From assembly GCA_013239625.1 (NCBI GenBank), contig MU053416.1, positions 191,496 through 255,495 on the forward strand: a stretch of 64,000 nucleotides of DNA, written 5' to 3'. A model generated the notes under the pieces. It was not told the DNA's origin, ran no database searches, and saw only the letters and a list, made by a program, of their open reading frames with translations. Shown piece after piece: positions 50,785-64,000 of the stretch; the first letter of the stretch is position 1; every line of letters begins with the position of its first letter. A program made the translations under genes and the position numbers. The DNA is from Lama guanicoe. Taxonomy: Eukaryota.

Positions 50785-51425
50785 TTTTTTTTACAGGCAC
50801 CTTTATTGTGGTATGATTTCTGTACAGTAAAGAACACATATTTCACATGTACTATTTGATGATTTTGATAAATGTCTACACCCAGAAAACCATCACCAAA
50901 ATCAAGATAGCTAACAATTCCATCACTCCCCAAGAGGGGCACTTTTCGAATTCCCATATTTATCCCTTCCCATCCCCTTCTCTCCCTGGTAACTGTAAGT
51001 TTGTTTCTCTATGTCTGTGGGTCTGTTTCTCTTTTGTAGTTAAGTTCACTTGTGCCTTTTTTTTTAGATTCCACATATAAGTGATATTATATGGCATTTT
51101 TCTTTTTCTGACTTACTTCACTTAGAATGACTATCTCCACATCCATCCATGTTGCCGCAAATGATATTATTTTGTTTTTTCATGGCTGTGTAGAATTCCA
51201 TTGTATAAATATACTACTACATCTTTATCCAGTCAGCTGTCGATGGACATTTGGGTTGTTTCCATGTCCTGGCTATTATAAATAATGCTGCTGTTAGCAT
51301 TGAGGTGCATGCGACTTTTTTAATTAGAATTTTCTTCTGACATATGCCTGGGAGTGGGAAGACTGGATCATGAGTTAAGTCCATTTTCAGTTTTTAATGG
51401 AACTTCCACACTGTCTTCTCTAGTG
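50785..51425 (-). mobile_element. L1 3' end fragment
   Basis: Reverse-oriented L1 3' UTR/ORF2 end (ttagattccacatataagtgat; gatggacatttgggttgtttcca) with a T-rich tail. Confidence 0.8.
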
Positions 51426-51637
51426 ACAATGCAGCCCATTTTGTGAAAGCAGAGCCATGCTCAGAAAGCAATGGGTATTTCTAGGGGCCAGATATGAAGC
51501 ACAGTGAGTGTGGCCTGTTCAAGAATCAGAGGGCAGTCTGGCAGGGCTGGAGGAGAGTGACAAGGGAAGTGTGGTACAGGTAGGATTCAGACCACGTGGG
51601 GACCTGACAGGCTGGGATAAGGAGCCTGGACTTCCAG

Positions 51638-52095
51638 ACATCCCTTGGTAACCATGGGGTACTGTTTCCAGGACTCCCCCCAGACGTCAACATAGATGGA
51701 TGCTGACGCTTCTTGTATAAAATGGCATAGGACTTGCATGGAACTCATGTACATCCTCTCATGTACCTTTTTTTATATATACAAACTTTTTTAATTGAGT
51801 TATAATCATTTTACAATGTTGTATCAAATTCCAGCATACAGCACAAGTTTTCATTTATACATAAATATACACATACATTCGTTGTCACACTCTCTTTCAC
51901 TGTGTCCTCCTGTGAACTTTAAATTCTCTCTAGATTACTCATTGTATCTAATACAAAATGAATGCTATGTACGTAGTTGCCAGTGTATGGCAAATTCACG
52001 TGTTGCTTTTTGAAACTTTCTGTTCTTTCCCAAATATTTTCAATCCACAGTTAGTTGAATCTGCTGGATAGGTAACCCCTAGATATGGAGAACAC
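51638..52095. mobile_element. MER2-like (Tigger-derived) MITE interrupted by a short L1 3' end (about 51768-51904, minus strand)
   Basis: MER2-like ends (ttccaggactcccc...gatggatgct; aatatttttcaatccacagttagttgaatc). The insert has a T-tail and the L1 motif tttacaatgttgtatcaaattc, with a degenerate TSD tcctc..rtgwac. Confidence 0.6.
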
Positions 52096-52800
52096 CCAAG
52101 CTCCTCCTTCCCACCTCCTAAATTTCCACTGCAAGCACTGAAGGGGTCCAAACATAGAAGAGCACCATCTACCTGCTGGAAACGCTGAGGAATTCCGACA
52201 GTGTATGTAGCGCAGGAGAGGAGGCTTAGGGCCAACTAGTGTGAAAGGAGGGCCTGCCTGGAGAGGAAGGAGGAAGGACCGCAGTGGAAGCCAGCTCGTA
52301 CCCTTACTGGAGCTAGCTGATATCAGTGAGGGATGCCGAGGAACTGGGGACACGTCGCTTCGGGGGCAATCCTGGCCACCATGTGCAGGGTTCACATTGC
52401 TTGGACCCAGTTTGCAAGATCAAAATAACAAAGGGGGAGAGGGGCTGCCTCAGCTCCGGGATCCTGACAACAGCCACAGCACCATGACCCCAGCTAATGC
52501 GGCTCCCCTTGTAAGCCAGGAAAAGGAAACTCTGAGCCAAGATATTGCAGATTCCTTCGCAGCCACATGGATAACTAGATCTCTAAGCTGACAAAATGTA
52601 GCCACCAGAAACAGGAACCTTTCCTTTTCTCTTTCTTTGAACCTTTGGACACGGAGCCACACATCTCTGACGGGAACCACCTTTTATCCGATAGAGAGCT
52701 CACTTTTTCAGGAATAAGCACGGAGAAAAAGAGTGGGGTGTTGGTTTAAAGCAGAAGTCAAAGTGGAAGCCCATCTGAGAAATGTAAAAACATGCTTCTC

Positions 52801-53048
52801 AATGAATTCAAGTTATCACAAAAAGAAGGAGGAAGATTAAGGAAATCTCTATTAATATCCATTCACCATACAAGACTAGCCAGCCATAAAAAGAGCACCT
52901 TAAATTAAGAATTTTGAATCAAGTTATCACAAATGAATTCAAGTTATCACAAAAAGAAGGAGGAAGATTAAGGAAATCTCTATTAATATCCATTCACCAT
53001 ACAAGACTAACCAGCCATAAAAAGACAGCACCTTAAATTAAGAATTTT
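52801..53048 (+). repeat. Tandem duplication of about 115 bp with a 16-bp templated junction insert
   Basis: 52801-52915 is repeated at 52932-53048; the spacer gaatcaagttatcaca copies the start of the unit. Confidence 0.95.
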
Positions 53049-53360
53049 TTTTTTGGTGATGAAAAAAATGCCTTATTTTAAAACAAGGCTTGGGGCATCA
53101 ACAACACGCTGAGAGTTATTGATGAGGAAAAAATAAATCTGCATATACATATGTAAGTGTTCCAAGTCCACCGCTTGAAAAAAATTAGTCAATCATGTGT
53201 CCAGTTGATTGGGAAATCCCGATAAGTAAATAACTCAAAAGTGGGAAAGACATGGGATTAAATAGTGGTAGTGAACAATGAAATCCAAAATGTTTATACC
53301 TATATTTTCTTTGTTAATGTAACAGAATTAAAGCAACTGTCTAAATAGTACTAACTGGAG

Positions 53361-53364
53361 CACA

Positions 53365-53401
<37 letters not shown>
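53361..53401. repeat. (CA)n microsatellite
   Basis: Direct observation. Confidence 0.95.
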
Positions 53402-53403
<2 letters not shown>

Positions 53404-54404
53404 TCTGGAAGAGCAGAGAGGTAAAATATGCTAAATTTATCATTATTAAGGAACACGATCTAATAGATTATTTCATTTTTGAGACTCATATAAATACTGG
53501 TCCAATTGCATATAAAGTTATGAACTTAGAGATGATTTATAAAAATTTACAGAGAATTTTCATTAAGAGGCAATATAGCTTCCAAATCATTGAAGAGAAA
53601 ATTAACAATACAAAAATTAATCAATCCAGGTAATATTGAGTAACAGAGACCATATTTACCATCCTAAAATAAACCACAAAATGGATAAAATATATGAAGC
53701 AATGATTTTTAAGACACGTGAAAACGATCCTCCACTAGGACCTTGTCCTGCCACCTCTATACCAAGGCTGCTAGCCCTCCTACTGCCATCGCCAAGAATG
53801 TCCACCAGGAGGCGATATTTCCTTCCTCTGCTCCTACTGCAGAGCCAGTCTTGAGCAGTCCTTTTCCAGGTTTTGGCAGGCAGCCCCCAGAAGTACTCTC
53901 ATGGGCCTTGGTCCCTTTTAGCCACCAGCAATGGGATCAAGGGTGAGCAGTAAGCCTCCTTCCTTATTCAAGACCTAGGAACCTATCTGATTTCTGAGCA
54001 GCCCTTCATTCTTGTCTGCTGTCTGGTACTCTCTCCCCGGCTTCCCGAGTCCCCGGCTTGGGCAGCCTACATGCTGGCCACAGCCCATCAGAATCCGTTC
54101 CCCCGCTAAGAGGCCACACGTGATCGTAAGCAGGGCTCCAGGCCTCTGGAGCAGCACAGCTTCGACTGCGTCCTGGCCCTGGGTGCGTGAGCTCCATGCC
54201 CTTGGTTGAGTCAGTTAACATCTCTAAGCTACAGTTTCCTCATCAGTGAAATGAACACATAATCAATATGGAAAAAATCAGAATCTGAGGGGGACTAAAT
54301 TTCTGGTGATTGAAGATTATTTTAATTTTGAATTACACAGCAAAGGACATCATACAATATTTACTACTTCAGAATTCTAAAGGACAGCTTCTACTATTAA
54401 AACT

Positions 54405-54672
54405 AATGCATGCACGTACACACAAACACACGTGCAGACACACTGGCTCTGCTCCACATATATCCCCGTGCACACACACACATGGAGTCATGTACCACAC
54501 ACACACATACCATACACACAACCACACACATCCTCAGGCGCACACACACACATAACATACAGAACCACATACATCCCCAGGTGCATGTGCACGCACACAC
54601 ACACACACAGACACAGTCATGTACCACACATGTCCCCAGGTGCGCGCATGCACACACACACCTCATACACAC
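54405..54672. repeat. CA-rich low-complexity tract
   Basis: Degenerate (CA)n with recurring agtcatgtaccacaca and atcccc.ggtgc motifs; explains the His/Thr and Cys/Val-rich ORFs. Confidence 0.85.
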
Positions 54673-57600
54673 TTTGGCATTATTCTAAATCAATTTACAA
54701 TTGAAGGTCTCAGTGTGCATTGTTTTATCCACTCAGAAGATCCTGACTTCGGAGCGTGAAGCAGGAGCCCCTCCTCTCTGGAGACGGTCTTTGCCACTTA
54801 CAGTCTCAGTAGAGCCAACATAACTGCTCTGGACCTTTGGAAGTGCAGGGCCAGAGCATACCTGGGAGCTCACATCCTATATATGTAAACATGTTAAGTG
54901 CAGTAGGTTCTAAAGTCCTGCCTTTACAAATATACATTCATTATAAGGGGGAAGGCCAGGTTCAAATTTAGAATTCCCAGACACAGGGGAGTCCAGCAAA
55001 GAAAGTGAGCATGTGCGGAGAGCTGATTCCCAGTCTCTGGTCACTAGCCTGACCCTTTTCTTCCCAATGCTGGGTCCATCCCTTGCCACAAGGGGCCTAG
55101 GATGTGCACAGGGGGACACTCAGACCTCACGTCCGGGCTCTGCTCATATCCTCCATGCAAACAACTGCCCTTTGGCCTCTCTGTGAGTCCTGGGAATCTG
55201 AACTCCGGGGAGAGCTGGTGCAGGCACTAGAAAAGGGTCAGGGGCTGCTGAGGCAGGGCATTCGTGGTCCTGGGTTTCCAGAGCATGGGATGGAGTCAAT
55301 AAAGTGTGCCCTTGGCCCTGCTGACTCCACCCCATGGAGGGTGTGGCCAGAGGAAGTGTCAGGGCCAGAGGGACCCTCTGTAGTGCAGGACCCAGGGCAG
55401 TGGGCCCCCTTGCCAGGGTCCAAGGGCAGAAGCCCTTAGGAAAGTTCTGAGAAGGCTGAAAGGTACCTTCATTCCCATTAATTAAAAAAAAATAAAAGCT
55501 TAACACAGGCGTGGGTGGAAAGGGTTTTGTTAGAACAAGGGAAGGCACTTGCTATGGTCTGGCCATAGAAGGTTCGTGGGTTTGCCAGGTTAATGAGGAT
55601 CCGAGAGGCCGTTAGTCTCCACTGGGTCTAAACACCTCCTGAATTCCTCCGGGTGACACTGAAATGCAGTGAAACATGTAACCCTCTTAAGTTGTTAAAA
55701 TCTTCATGGTGAGCCATTCAACTCTCTCCTCATTCTTGGCTACGAAAGCACGATAAACACAGGCCAGAAATTCACCAGCCTGTTGGTTGGTTCACTATCT
55801 GTCTGGCACTCCCTCTTGTAGGAGCCTTTATCACATCACCCAGGGCTGATGAGGCTCAGGATTATAGGTTATATTCCACAGGTGGCATCACTTGCTGGTG
55901 ACAAAAAAGAGGCATGGTAGCCACCTCCCAAACACTGAGGCTCCTCCTGGGAGGAGCCTGCAGACCTCCAGTCCAGCCACTGCACCACGATGCTCCTTAG
56001 TGCCACTCCCGGCTTGCTGCCCCGGCCTCTAGCTCTGGCCAGAACCTCGCTGGATTGTCGGTAAATGTCACCCTTGCACCACGTCTAAGCTTGGGGTCCA
56101 GATGTGACCATGGTTCTTATTTTCTTCCCATTGATGGGTTGTTTGATCTTTGTGTAATCATGTCGGCAGGAAGGCCAATACTGCCCTCTTGAGGCCTCCC
56201 CGAACCCCCTCTGTCTATAACTGTCCTAGCGCCCCAGGGGATCGGGTCTGAAGCCTGGCACTCAGACAGGAGGATGACAGCTGGAGAGACAGGAATCCAC
56301 TTCTGCTGTGGCTTCTGCTGAGGCCCGATGTGGCCATAAAAATGGATCCCACAGGCCCTGACGTCATTGACTCACTGCAGGGATGCTCCCACACTGCCCC
56401 GTTCCCCCCAGAGACCGTGGGCTTTCTGCTTGTTCCAGAAGGCCCCACCCCCGAGGGGGCACTGGGTCCAGTGGAGTGTCCAGCCTGCTTCCCTGCCAGC
56501 CCTTAGGGCCTTGGTGGGGACTGGAACATCAACTACCCTCCCCTTAGAGGCCCATCTGTCCTTTCCAGCCAACAGACCTAGGTCATAAGCACTTTAACTC
56601 GCCTGAGGGTGTTTTCCTCACTTCAGGGGCAGTGAGGACTGGGCTTCTTCACACCCCAAGTGCCCCAGGTCTGGGTGCAGACAGCCTGGCTCTCCCCCCA
56701 GTCCTGTAGGTCCCGGCCACACCTGCTGCTTGTCACTGAGCCTGTGCTGTGTTCTCTTCCATGACAAGAGGTGCACTCTGCCCCCACCCCACCCCACCAG
56801 CGGTGGCAGAGGCGGCGGACAGGCCAGTGAGCTGGGGCCTGAGACCGTTCCCGCAGATCAGTGCCCCAGAGGCCGCTGGTGACTAGAGGGACCACGGGGC
56901 AGAAGACAGCATGGGATGGGAGGAGGAGGAATGTTCAGGATAAGGAGATTAAAGGGGGGACGGATAGCACTGTGAGGACCTCGGCCATGAAAGGGAAGAG
57001 AAAAGACAGTGACAGCTGGAGCAGTGTCAGCGTTAAAAGCCGTGGGCGTTTTTATTTAATTTTATTAATTACCATTACATGTAGTGACATATTTTTATTT
57101 GACTAAAAATTATGTGCCATGTCACATAACAGGGTACAGTATGTTATTATTTAATAAATAATACATAATAGTAGATATACTAGCATATTATGTTCTGTTT
57201 ATTTATTAGCAGATAGTACATACTACGTATGTAAGTGTTTATATACATAATATATAATTCATGCATCTATATAACACATAACAATGTAGGATTATGATTA
57301 ATATATTTTATACCAAGATTACAAAACAATAATGATGCAATATTACCCATTGTATGTCTTGGTTCATGACACATTCTCATCTTAGGGGCCTGTCAGACGC
57401 ATTTGTGTATTAAAATTAATATTATACGAAACAGTTGTGAACCTATCACCCAGCATCAGAACAGGACTATTGACAGTGACATACTGTGTCCTCTTTCCCT
57501 ATCCTGCTCATGGCCTCTTCTCACAGGAAGTAACCAGCATCCTGAATCGTGGCTTACCCTTGTCCTGTGTTACTTTCACACACACAAACTTTAAGATCAG

Positions 57601-59254
57601 TTAAACAAATGAACTGCAGGTACAGGCAACAAAATGGATGAATCATACACTCTATGTTAAATGAAAAAAGTAAGCCCTAGAAGGCAGCCTATAGTGTGCT
57701 ATGCTTTCAACTGTGTATATATATATGTCAACTAAACTCACTAAATTAAGAACAACTACAGCTAGAGTCCAGGTGGGAGAGGGACAGATAAAAGGTGAGG
57801 TGAGCAGATTTGCTGCAGGTGAGTGAGTTCCTTTCCAGTGACATGTCATTCTCTCTGAAGCAGGAGGCAAGGCCATCTCCTGAGAGTCAAGGAAGAGACA
57901 GAGGGAAGGTTAGAGTTGTACAGAGAGCAGAGAATGTTGACACCTCTGAGTGATAAGTGGGGAATGTGCTCTCTAGGGAAATCCTGGAGGATTGCCTGGC
58001 AGTGGCAACATGGTGGGCATTGATTTGTAGTCTTAGAAATCTGTGCTGGGAGAGCCTGCTGCCTGCAGGCTCAGAACAAATAGGGCTGGGTGAACCGAGA
58101 TGGAAGTCGTCCTGGTGAGGAACTGAAAAGATCAAGGTTCAAGGGAGTTTTGTTTGTCATAAAGAGAGTGCTCACTGTGGATGCAGAGCTGGAAGGTGGG
58201 GAAGTGGAAGTAAGAGGAACGTGGACAGGCAGGAAAACAGAGGAGTCAGTGCATGATGCCCCAGTGAGGGTGAAGGAAGGCCAGGGAGGCTGATGGAGAA
58301 GCAGCTGGACGGCTAGAGGTGGGCACTTAAAGGAGAGAGGCTGGAACTGGGGTGGAGATACGCCCGGGTATGAGCCCAGGGTAGGGTGAATGGGGGTGGC
58401 TGGCTCAGGCTGATGGAGAAGAAGAACCTAAAATGACCATGCTGGGTGGTGGAGGGAGAGTCAACTTTGATGTCTTAATCGTAGGAGGTGAGGCAATAGA
58501 GAGCTGGGGGCCCAGGTGCTCCTGACTGGGGCAGATGAGCAGGGAGGCCAGGGTGGCAGGCACTGGTAGGAAAGGATCTGGGTTTTGCAGGTGCTCCCAA
58601 GAGAGGAGGAGCAATGATCTGAAGGTGGAAAGTGAGCACAAGGAGGCCAAACCAGGCCCTGATCAAACGGGGGGCTGTGAGGGGGCAAAGTGTCAACTCC
58701 AGAGATGGTTGCCCAGGAAGCAGGGACCACGGGTGAAGTGAGGGGACACTCAGAGAAGAGAGGGAGAAATGTCTTCTGGGTGTAGGGGGAAGAGAGGCCC
58801 CAGGACAAAGGAGCACAGAGGCACAGTGATGAGGATGGACTGGCTCTATGGTGACACTGCAGGGATGGGCAGAGCTTGGTCCTGAGGGCTTAGTTTGGGG
58901 GGGCTACTGGCCTCATGAGGACTCCCCTCTCAGCAGCCTGGAAGACTCTCCCGCTCCTGAGAGATGTCTGGCCACCAATGTTCCCAGAGGGGCTCTACCT
59001 CCATCTTCTCCTATCACACTTTCCTGCCCAGCCCCCGACCACCAGTGAGGGAGCCTGGGCCTCGCAGCTGCTTCCCGTGGAGGGACGCAGGCTCCTTGGA
59101 GATGTAGGCTGATCTTACTTTTCTCCATAACCCAGAGCCTAGCAAAGCGCCAGCTTATGGGTGGGCCATGCAGAGGCTCAGGTACTTACTAAACTAACTC
59201 AAAGCCGTAGAATAGCAGAGCTGGAGGAAGTGACCACTGAGCTCACAGAGTTCA

Positions 59255-59545
59255 CTGCCCACACCCCCATTCTACAGATGAGGAAACAGAGACCAAGTGG
59301 TGAAGCAGCCTTGGCCACGATCACGCTGCTCTTAAATGCTGGCCTGTGTCGGGCATGCCAAGTGATGAGCTGCAGTGAAGGAGCTCAGAGGGGGCTCTGG
59401 GGCCAGACAGCTTGGGTTCAAGTCCCAGCTCTGCCATTTACTAGCTGTGTGATTAGTCAATGTTCTTGCCTGTTAAGTGGAACTCATAGTGGTGCCACCT
59501 CATTGGGTTGTCGTGAACACAGCGTTCCTGGCACAGCAGGACAGA
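59255..59545. mobile_element. MIR SINE fragments
   Basis: cccattctacagatgaggaaacagag and ttgggttcaagtcccagctctgccatttactagctgtgtga are MIR hallmarks. Confidence 0.75.
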
Positions 59546-60631
59546 GTTCTGTGAGGGTTTGCTGTTGCTTTGGTTACTATGATTATCACCAAGTGAACCC
59601 TGAAATGAAGAACAAAGGCAGCAAGAATTTTTATTTTAAAGGATTTTAAAATCCTCTGATGAATGTTTCATTTCATCTATCCAAGTTTGCATTTGACACT
59701 TATTAACAACTACACGATGGATGACTTTTGAGGCAATCTGGCTTCATGTCTTTAATTCTCACTAGCGACACCGGCTATTCAACAGGCAGCAGTTTCTTTT
59801 CCAGGAAGAGGGACATAAAGTTTAAAATAACTCAGTGCCTCTCGGTCCCCACTGAGGTGTATGTGACCTGTCAACCCAGCTTTGGGGAAGTGCCCGCTCC
59901 CCCTGGGCTCGCTGCGCTGTCCTGCGGCCTCCAGGGGGCGCCGTACCCCCACACAAATCCAGTCTCTTGGTTCATCTCTTTGCCTCAGATCCCTCAAGGA
60001 CTGCCCAAGCCCCAGGGCCCCGTCTGCCCCGCCAGCCTCGCCTGCTTTACTCCAGGACACCATCTTGGGTCTCAAGCATCCTCTGTTCCTACGCCCACCC
60101 TACTACTCTTCACTTTGTCCTTCAAGTGTGGGCTCCTGTGGCTCGCAACCAAGCAGGGTTTTCCCCATCCTTCACCTTGGGTAACTGCAACGTCCTGCAT
60201 GGTGCCTAGCGAACCCATGTGGAGGCAGGAAGAATACAGTACAACAGGTGCTCAGAGGGGCTGCTTTCCCACTGCAGGGGCCCTGGAGAGCTTTCTCCCG
60301 GCTGGTTATTCACAGGCGCTGAAGCTGTGGAATCTCGATCTCACCAATTTAAAGGGTATCGTCATAAATTACAAAAGCAATCATTTTTTCAGTAGCAAAA
60401 GGAGAAAAGATTTTGTGCCCCCCACTTCCAACTTTCTTCCTTCATCTTCAGAGGTGTTTCTCACTCTGGACAAAGGTAGAAAGCAACACAGAGAATATTA
60501 TTTTTCAATTTTTTTTCCCACTCTGAAGATTGCTTTCCCAGAACCGATGAAGGCTAGTGTCGTTTGGCTTCCCTGGAGTGAGGATTCAGAGGCGTGATGG
60601 GAGTGGGGTTGGGAGATAATTCAGCATTAAT

Positions 60632-62243
60632 GAACCAAAGAGAAACATTAAAAGTTTCTACTATAAACAGAGGGGAAGCAGGATGCTATAGAAATGGGAA
60701 AAGTATAGTTGGAAATGCAATACCGAGTTACAAGAGAATAAACATGATGATGTAAAAAAGAAAAAGATCATCAAAATACAAAAAGGTGGGAATGGGAGAT
60801 GGGAGCAAGAAAATATAGATTATTTTTCTCTCTTTTTTTTTCTTCATTATTCGTAGGATGTGTTGGAGCCTACGTGATTATCAGTCTAAAGGAAATAGAT
60901 ATAGTAATGGGTTGATAAACTTGAAAAATAAGGTAACCACATATCAAAAGCATACAATAGAGTTGCAAGAAAAACCCAAAAATAAACAAACTCAAAACGG
61001 CTTAAAAACTTAAACATAAGACAAGACGCTATAAACCTCTCAGAAGAAAACCTAGGCAAAACATTATTTGACATACATCTCAACAATGTTCTCCTAAGGT
61101 AATCTACCCAAGCAACAGAAATAAAAGCCAAAATAAACAAATGAGACCTAATTAAACCTATCAGCTTTTGCACAGCAATAGAAACCTTAAGCAAATCTAA
61201 ATGACAACTTATGGAATGGGAGAAAATATTTGCAGAAGATGAGACTGAACATGGCTTAACTTCTTGACTATATAAATAGTTCATACAACTTAATAAGAAA
61301 AAGAATAAATAACCCAATCCAAAAATGGGCAGAATAACTAAACAAGCAATTCTCCAATGAAGATATACAAATGGCCAATTGGCATATGAAAATAAGGCTC
61401 AATATCGCTAATTATCAGAGAAATGCAAATCAAAACTACAATAGGTTTTCATCTCACACCAGTCTGAATGGCCATCATTGAAAATTCCACAAACCATAAA
61501 TGCTGGAGAGGCTGTGGAGAAAAGGGAACCCCCCTACATTTTTGGTGGGAATGTAGTTTGGTGTAGCCACTGTGGAATATAGTATGGAGATTCCTCAAAT
61601 GACTAAAAAAAGACTTATCCTTTGATCCATCAATCCCACTCCTGGGCATATATCCAGAGGGAACCTTAATTCCAAAATATACCTGCACCCCAATGTTCAC
61701 AGCAGCATTGTTTACAATGGCCAAGACACAGTAGCAACCTAAACGTCCACTGACACATGACTGGATAAAGATGTGGTATTTAGATATAACACAATATTAC
61801 TCAGTCATAACAAAGAATGAAATAATGCCATTTACAGCAACATGGATGGACCTGGAGATTATCACACTAAAGTGGAATAACTCAGACAGAGTAAGACAAG
61901 TATCATATGATATCACTTATATGTGGAATTTTTAAAAATGATACAACTGAACTTATTTACAAAACAAAAACAGACTCACAGACTTAGAAAACAAACTTAG
62001 GAGTTTGGGATTAACAATAACAAACAAGTATATGTAAAACAGACAAACAACAAGAATTCACGGCAGAATACAGGGGAAAATATTCAATATCTTGCAACCT
62101 ATAATGGCAATGAACTTGAAAAAGAATAGGCTATGTATATGTACAACTGAATCAGTATGCTGTATACCTGAAAATAACAAAACAGCTGTATATCTGATAC
62201 TAACAACACATTGTAAATCAACCACATTTCAATTAAAAAAAAA
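60632..62243 (+). mobile_element. Internally deleted L1 (ORF1 end and spacer fused to ORF2 C-terminus, 3' UTR, poly(A))
   Basis: 60632-60980 is homologous to about 12945-13290 (gaagcaggatgcta.agaaatg; gtaggatg...). It then jumps to ORF2 3' sequence (cttaaacataagacaagac, homologous to about 16175) and runs to ttcaattaaaaaaaaa. Confidence 0.85.
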
Positions 62244-63229
62244 GATAAGCTCTAAATACCTTTATTCAAAGAAAATCTTCAACTCTTCCCTCTTACAAAA
62301 ATTAAAATGGGAAGAATGAGCAGGACCAAATTATACTGAATGAGTGGTTACATACCTTCTGCAGCACGTTGCCCATGCTACACACACATCATGTTTTCCT
62401 TCAGGTAAGAACGGCCCTGGCTGCCCAGGGAGCGAGTCCTGCTGGGACAAGGCCTCTGTGGCAGTGGCCTCCTTGTCACCGCTCCATCTTACCAGAAGGC
62501 CAGGGTTTTCAGAGGGGAGGGAACACAAAGCTCACACACTTCAGATCTATTTCCTGAGAAAAACTATGGAAAGACCAAATTCACCTGCAGTGTGGGAAAC
62601 ATGATCAGGGCCCCTAAGCAGACTGACAAGCCCAAAGCAAGATGGTCCAACGTTCACATAGGAACCAGAACAACAACTGTCTATCCCCAGTTAAATGATC
62701 AGCATCTCACCTGCAATGAACTGTTCGTACTCAGTGTCAGGTATGTTTATGCTGAGACTTGAGAGATCAAAAAAGTCAGACCAGGGAATGCGGACCTGGT
62801 GGATGTCCAGTTTCTGCCAATGGTAGAGGCGGCCCCAAGGGGGTAGCAGCAGCACTGACCCCTCCATTTTCAGCAGGGTCTTCAGGAGGAAGGCGATGTG
62901 GATACAGATGCCCCTATGGAGGCTGAAGCCCTCTGGAGGGTTGACATAACACAGAAGCTACCTGGCAGGGAGCAAAGGAGAGCGGGTCTTCAGGACCAGG
63001 CCTAAGCACAGGAATCCCGGCTTAGATAGAACAGATACAACGGGAATCCCTGCACAGCACATGGCCTAGACTCCAGATACGTTCAGCAGCTTCTGGTTTG
63101 TATAGTGGAGGCACTGCCCACCCATCTCCATGTGGCCAATAACTTCGTGTCTGGGAGCACATGCAGAAGACATCTTGGCATCCGTCTAACACCACTAAGC
63201 ACCTGACTAGCACCTGAGCACCCGTTCTC

Positions 63230-63698
63230 CAGAGGCTCTCAAACTTCTTGGTCTACAGACCCCTGTTCACTCTTAATTTCTGAGGACACCAAAATGCTGC
63301 TATTTATGTGGGTTAAATCTATCAATAGTTCCTGTGTTAGAAGTTAAATAAGAACTTTAAAAAACGCTTATGAGTTCACTTAAAAATAATAACAACCTAC
63401 TACACGTTACCATTAATACTCTTAAACAAAAAAATGTATATTTTTCAAAACAAATTCATTAGTGAGAAGAATAGCAGTGATTTTAATTTCTGCAATTCTC
63501 TTTAGGACTGGTGAGAGGTGAATTCTCCTATCTGCCTCTGCATTCCCTGTTTTGTGATATCACAGACCAGATTTTCCCTGGAAAACCCCACAGGAATCTC
63601 GGGAGAGCAAGAGTGTGCAAAAGGCAGGTGACATCCCGGCGTTTCTAAGAAAATAGTCTTGCATCTCAGGGGCCTCGGACACACTTTGATAACTGCTG
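63230..63698. mobile_element. hAT-Charlie non-autonomous DNA transposon (Charlie1-like)
   Basis: Terminal inverted repeats cagaggctctcaaact and ctttgataactgctg; internal text typical of Charlie1 derivatives (tatgtgggttaaatctatc, ttagtgagaagaatagca). Confidence 0.7.
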
Positions 63699-64000
63699 CC
63701 CTACCCTAGGCGAGACTCTCCTACACAATAGCCAGGCAAGGGTCCTGGCTTCTTTAATGAGTTACCACAGCCACACCCCTCCCTTCCCTCTGTTAATATT
63801 TCCTACAACCTTCATTACTGCAGATGAGGATGTAATCCTCAACTGGGACCTCTAATCCCAGAAGACTGCCAACCCTGAGAGGGAGGGCCCATCTACCATC
63901 CCTACACCCCGCACAGTCTATTTTGAGTCAAGCCCTAGATAACTGCTAATCGGCACTGACTCTTGTCTTATTGCTGAGGTTTATTGAAGGAGCCAACCTC

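Noticed and set aside
52801..53048. CRISPR-like or prokaryotic repeat array
   Set aside because: Eukaryotic context; simple tandem duplication with no repeat-spacer structure.
59728..60597. 289-aa ORF
   Set aside because: Non-ATG start, no recognisable domain, composition typical of translated non-coding DNA.

Overview
Repeat-rich mammalian DNA, most likely camelid, judging from tRNA-derived SINEs of the Vic-1 type and cetartiodactyl-type L1 3' ends. There is no intact protein-coding gene. The centre of the window is a mosaic of duplicated gene pieces. On the minus strand lie five intron-separated, disabled exons of ANO6/TMEM16F (exons 4-8 by recalled human numbering; 17051-25994). A single frameshifted KLHL2 exon 2 sits 2 kb upstream of them in the same orientation (28040-28163). 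A CpG-rich block with an inverted repeat and a candidate first exon follows (35.6-37 kb). On the plus strand lie the first two coding exons of a RalGDS-like family gene (42669-43317). Its upstream region is present as a near-perfect 2087-bp tandem duplication and as an older diverged third copy. Block boundaries coincide with broken L1s and a fold-back pair of LTRs. The flanks hold old and young L1s, L2/MIR, hAT/Tigger MITEs, LTRs and an ERV integrase remnant. Two assembly gaps (36980-37138, 43598-44232) limit interpretation. Homologies were recognised by eye against remembered protein sequences, not by database search.
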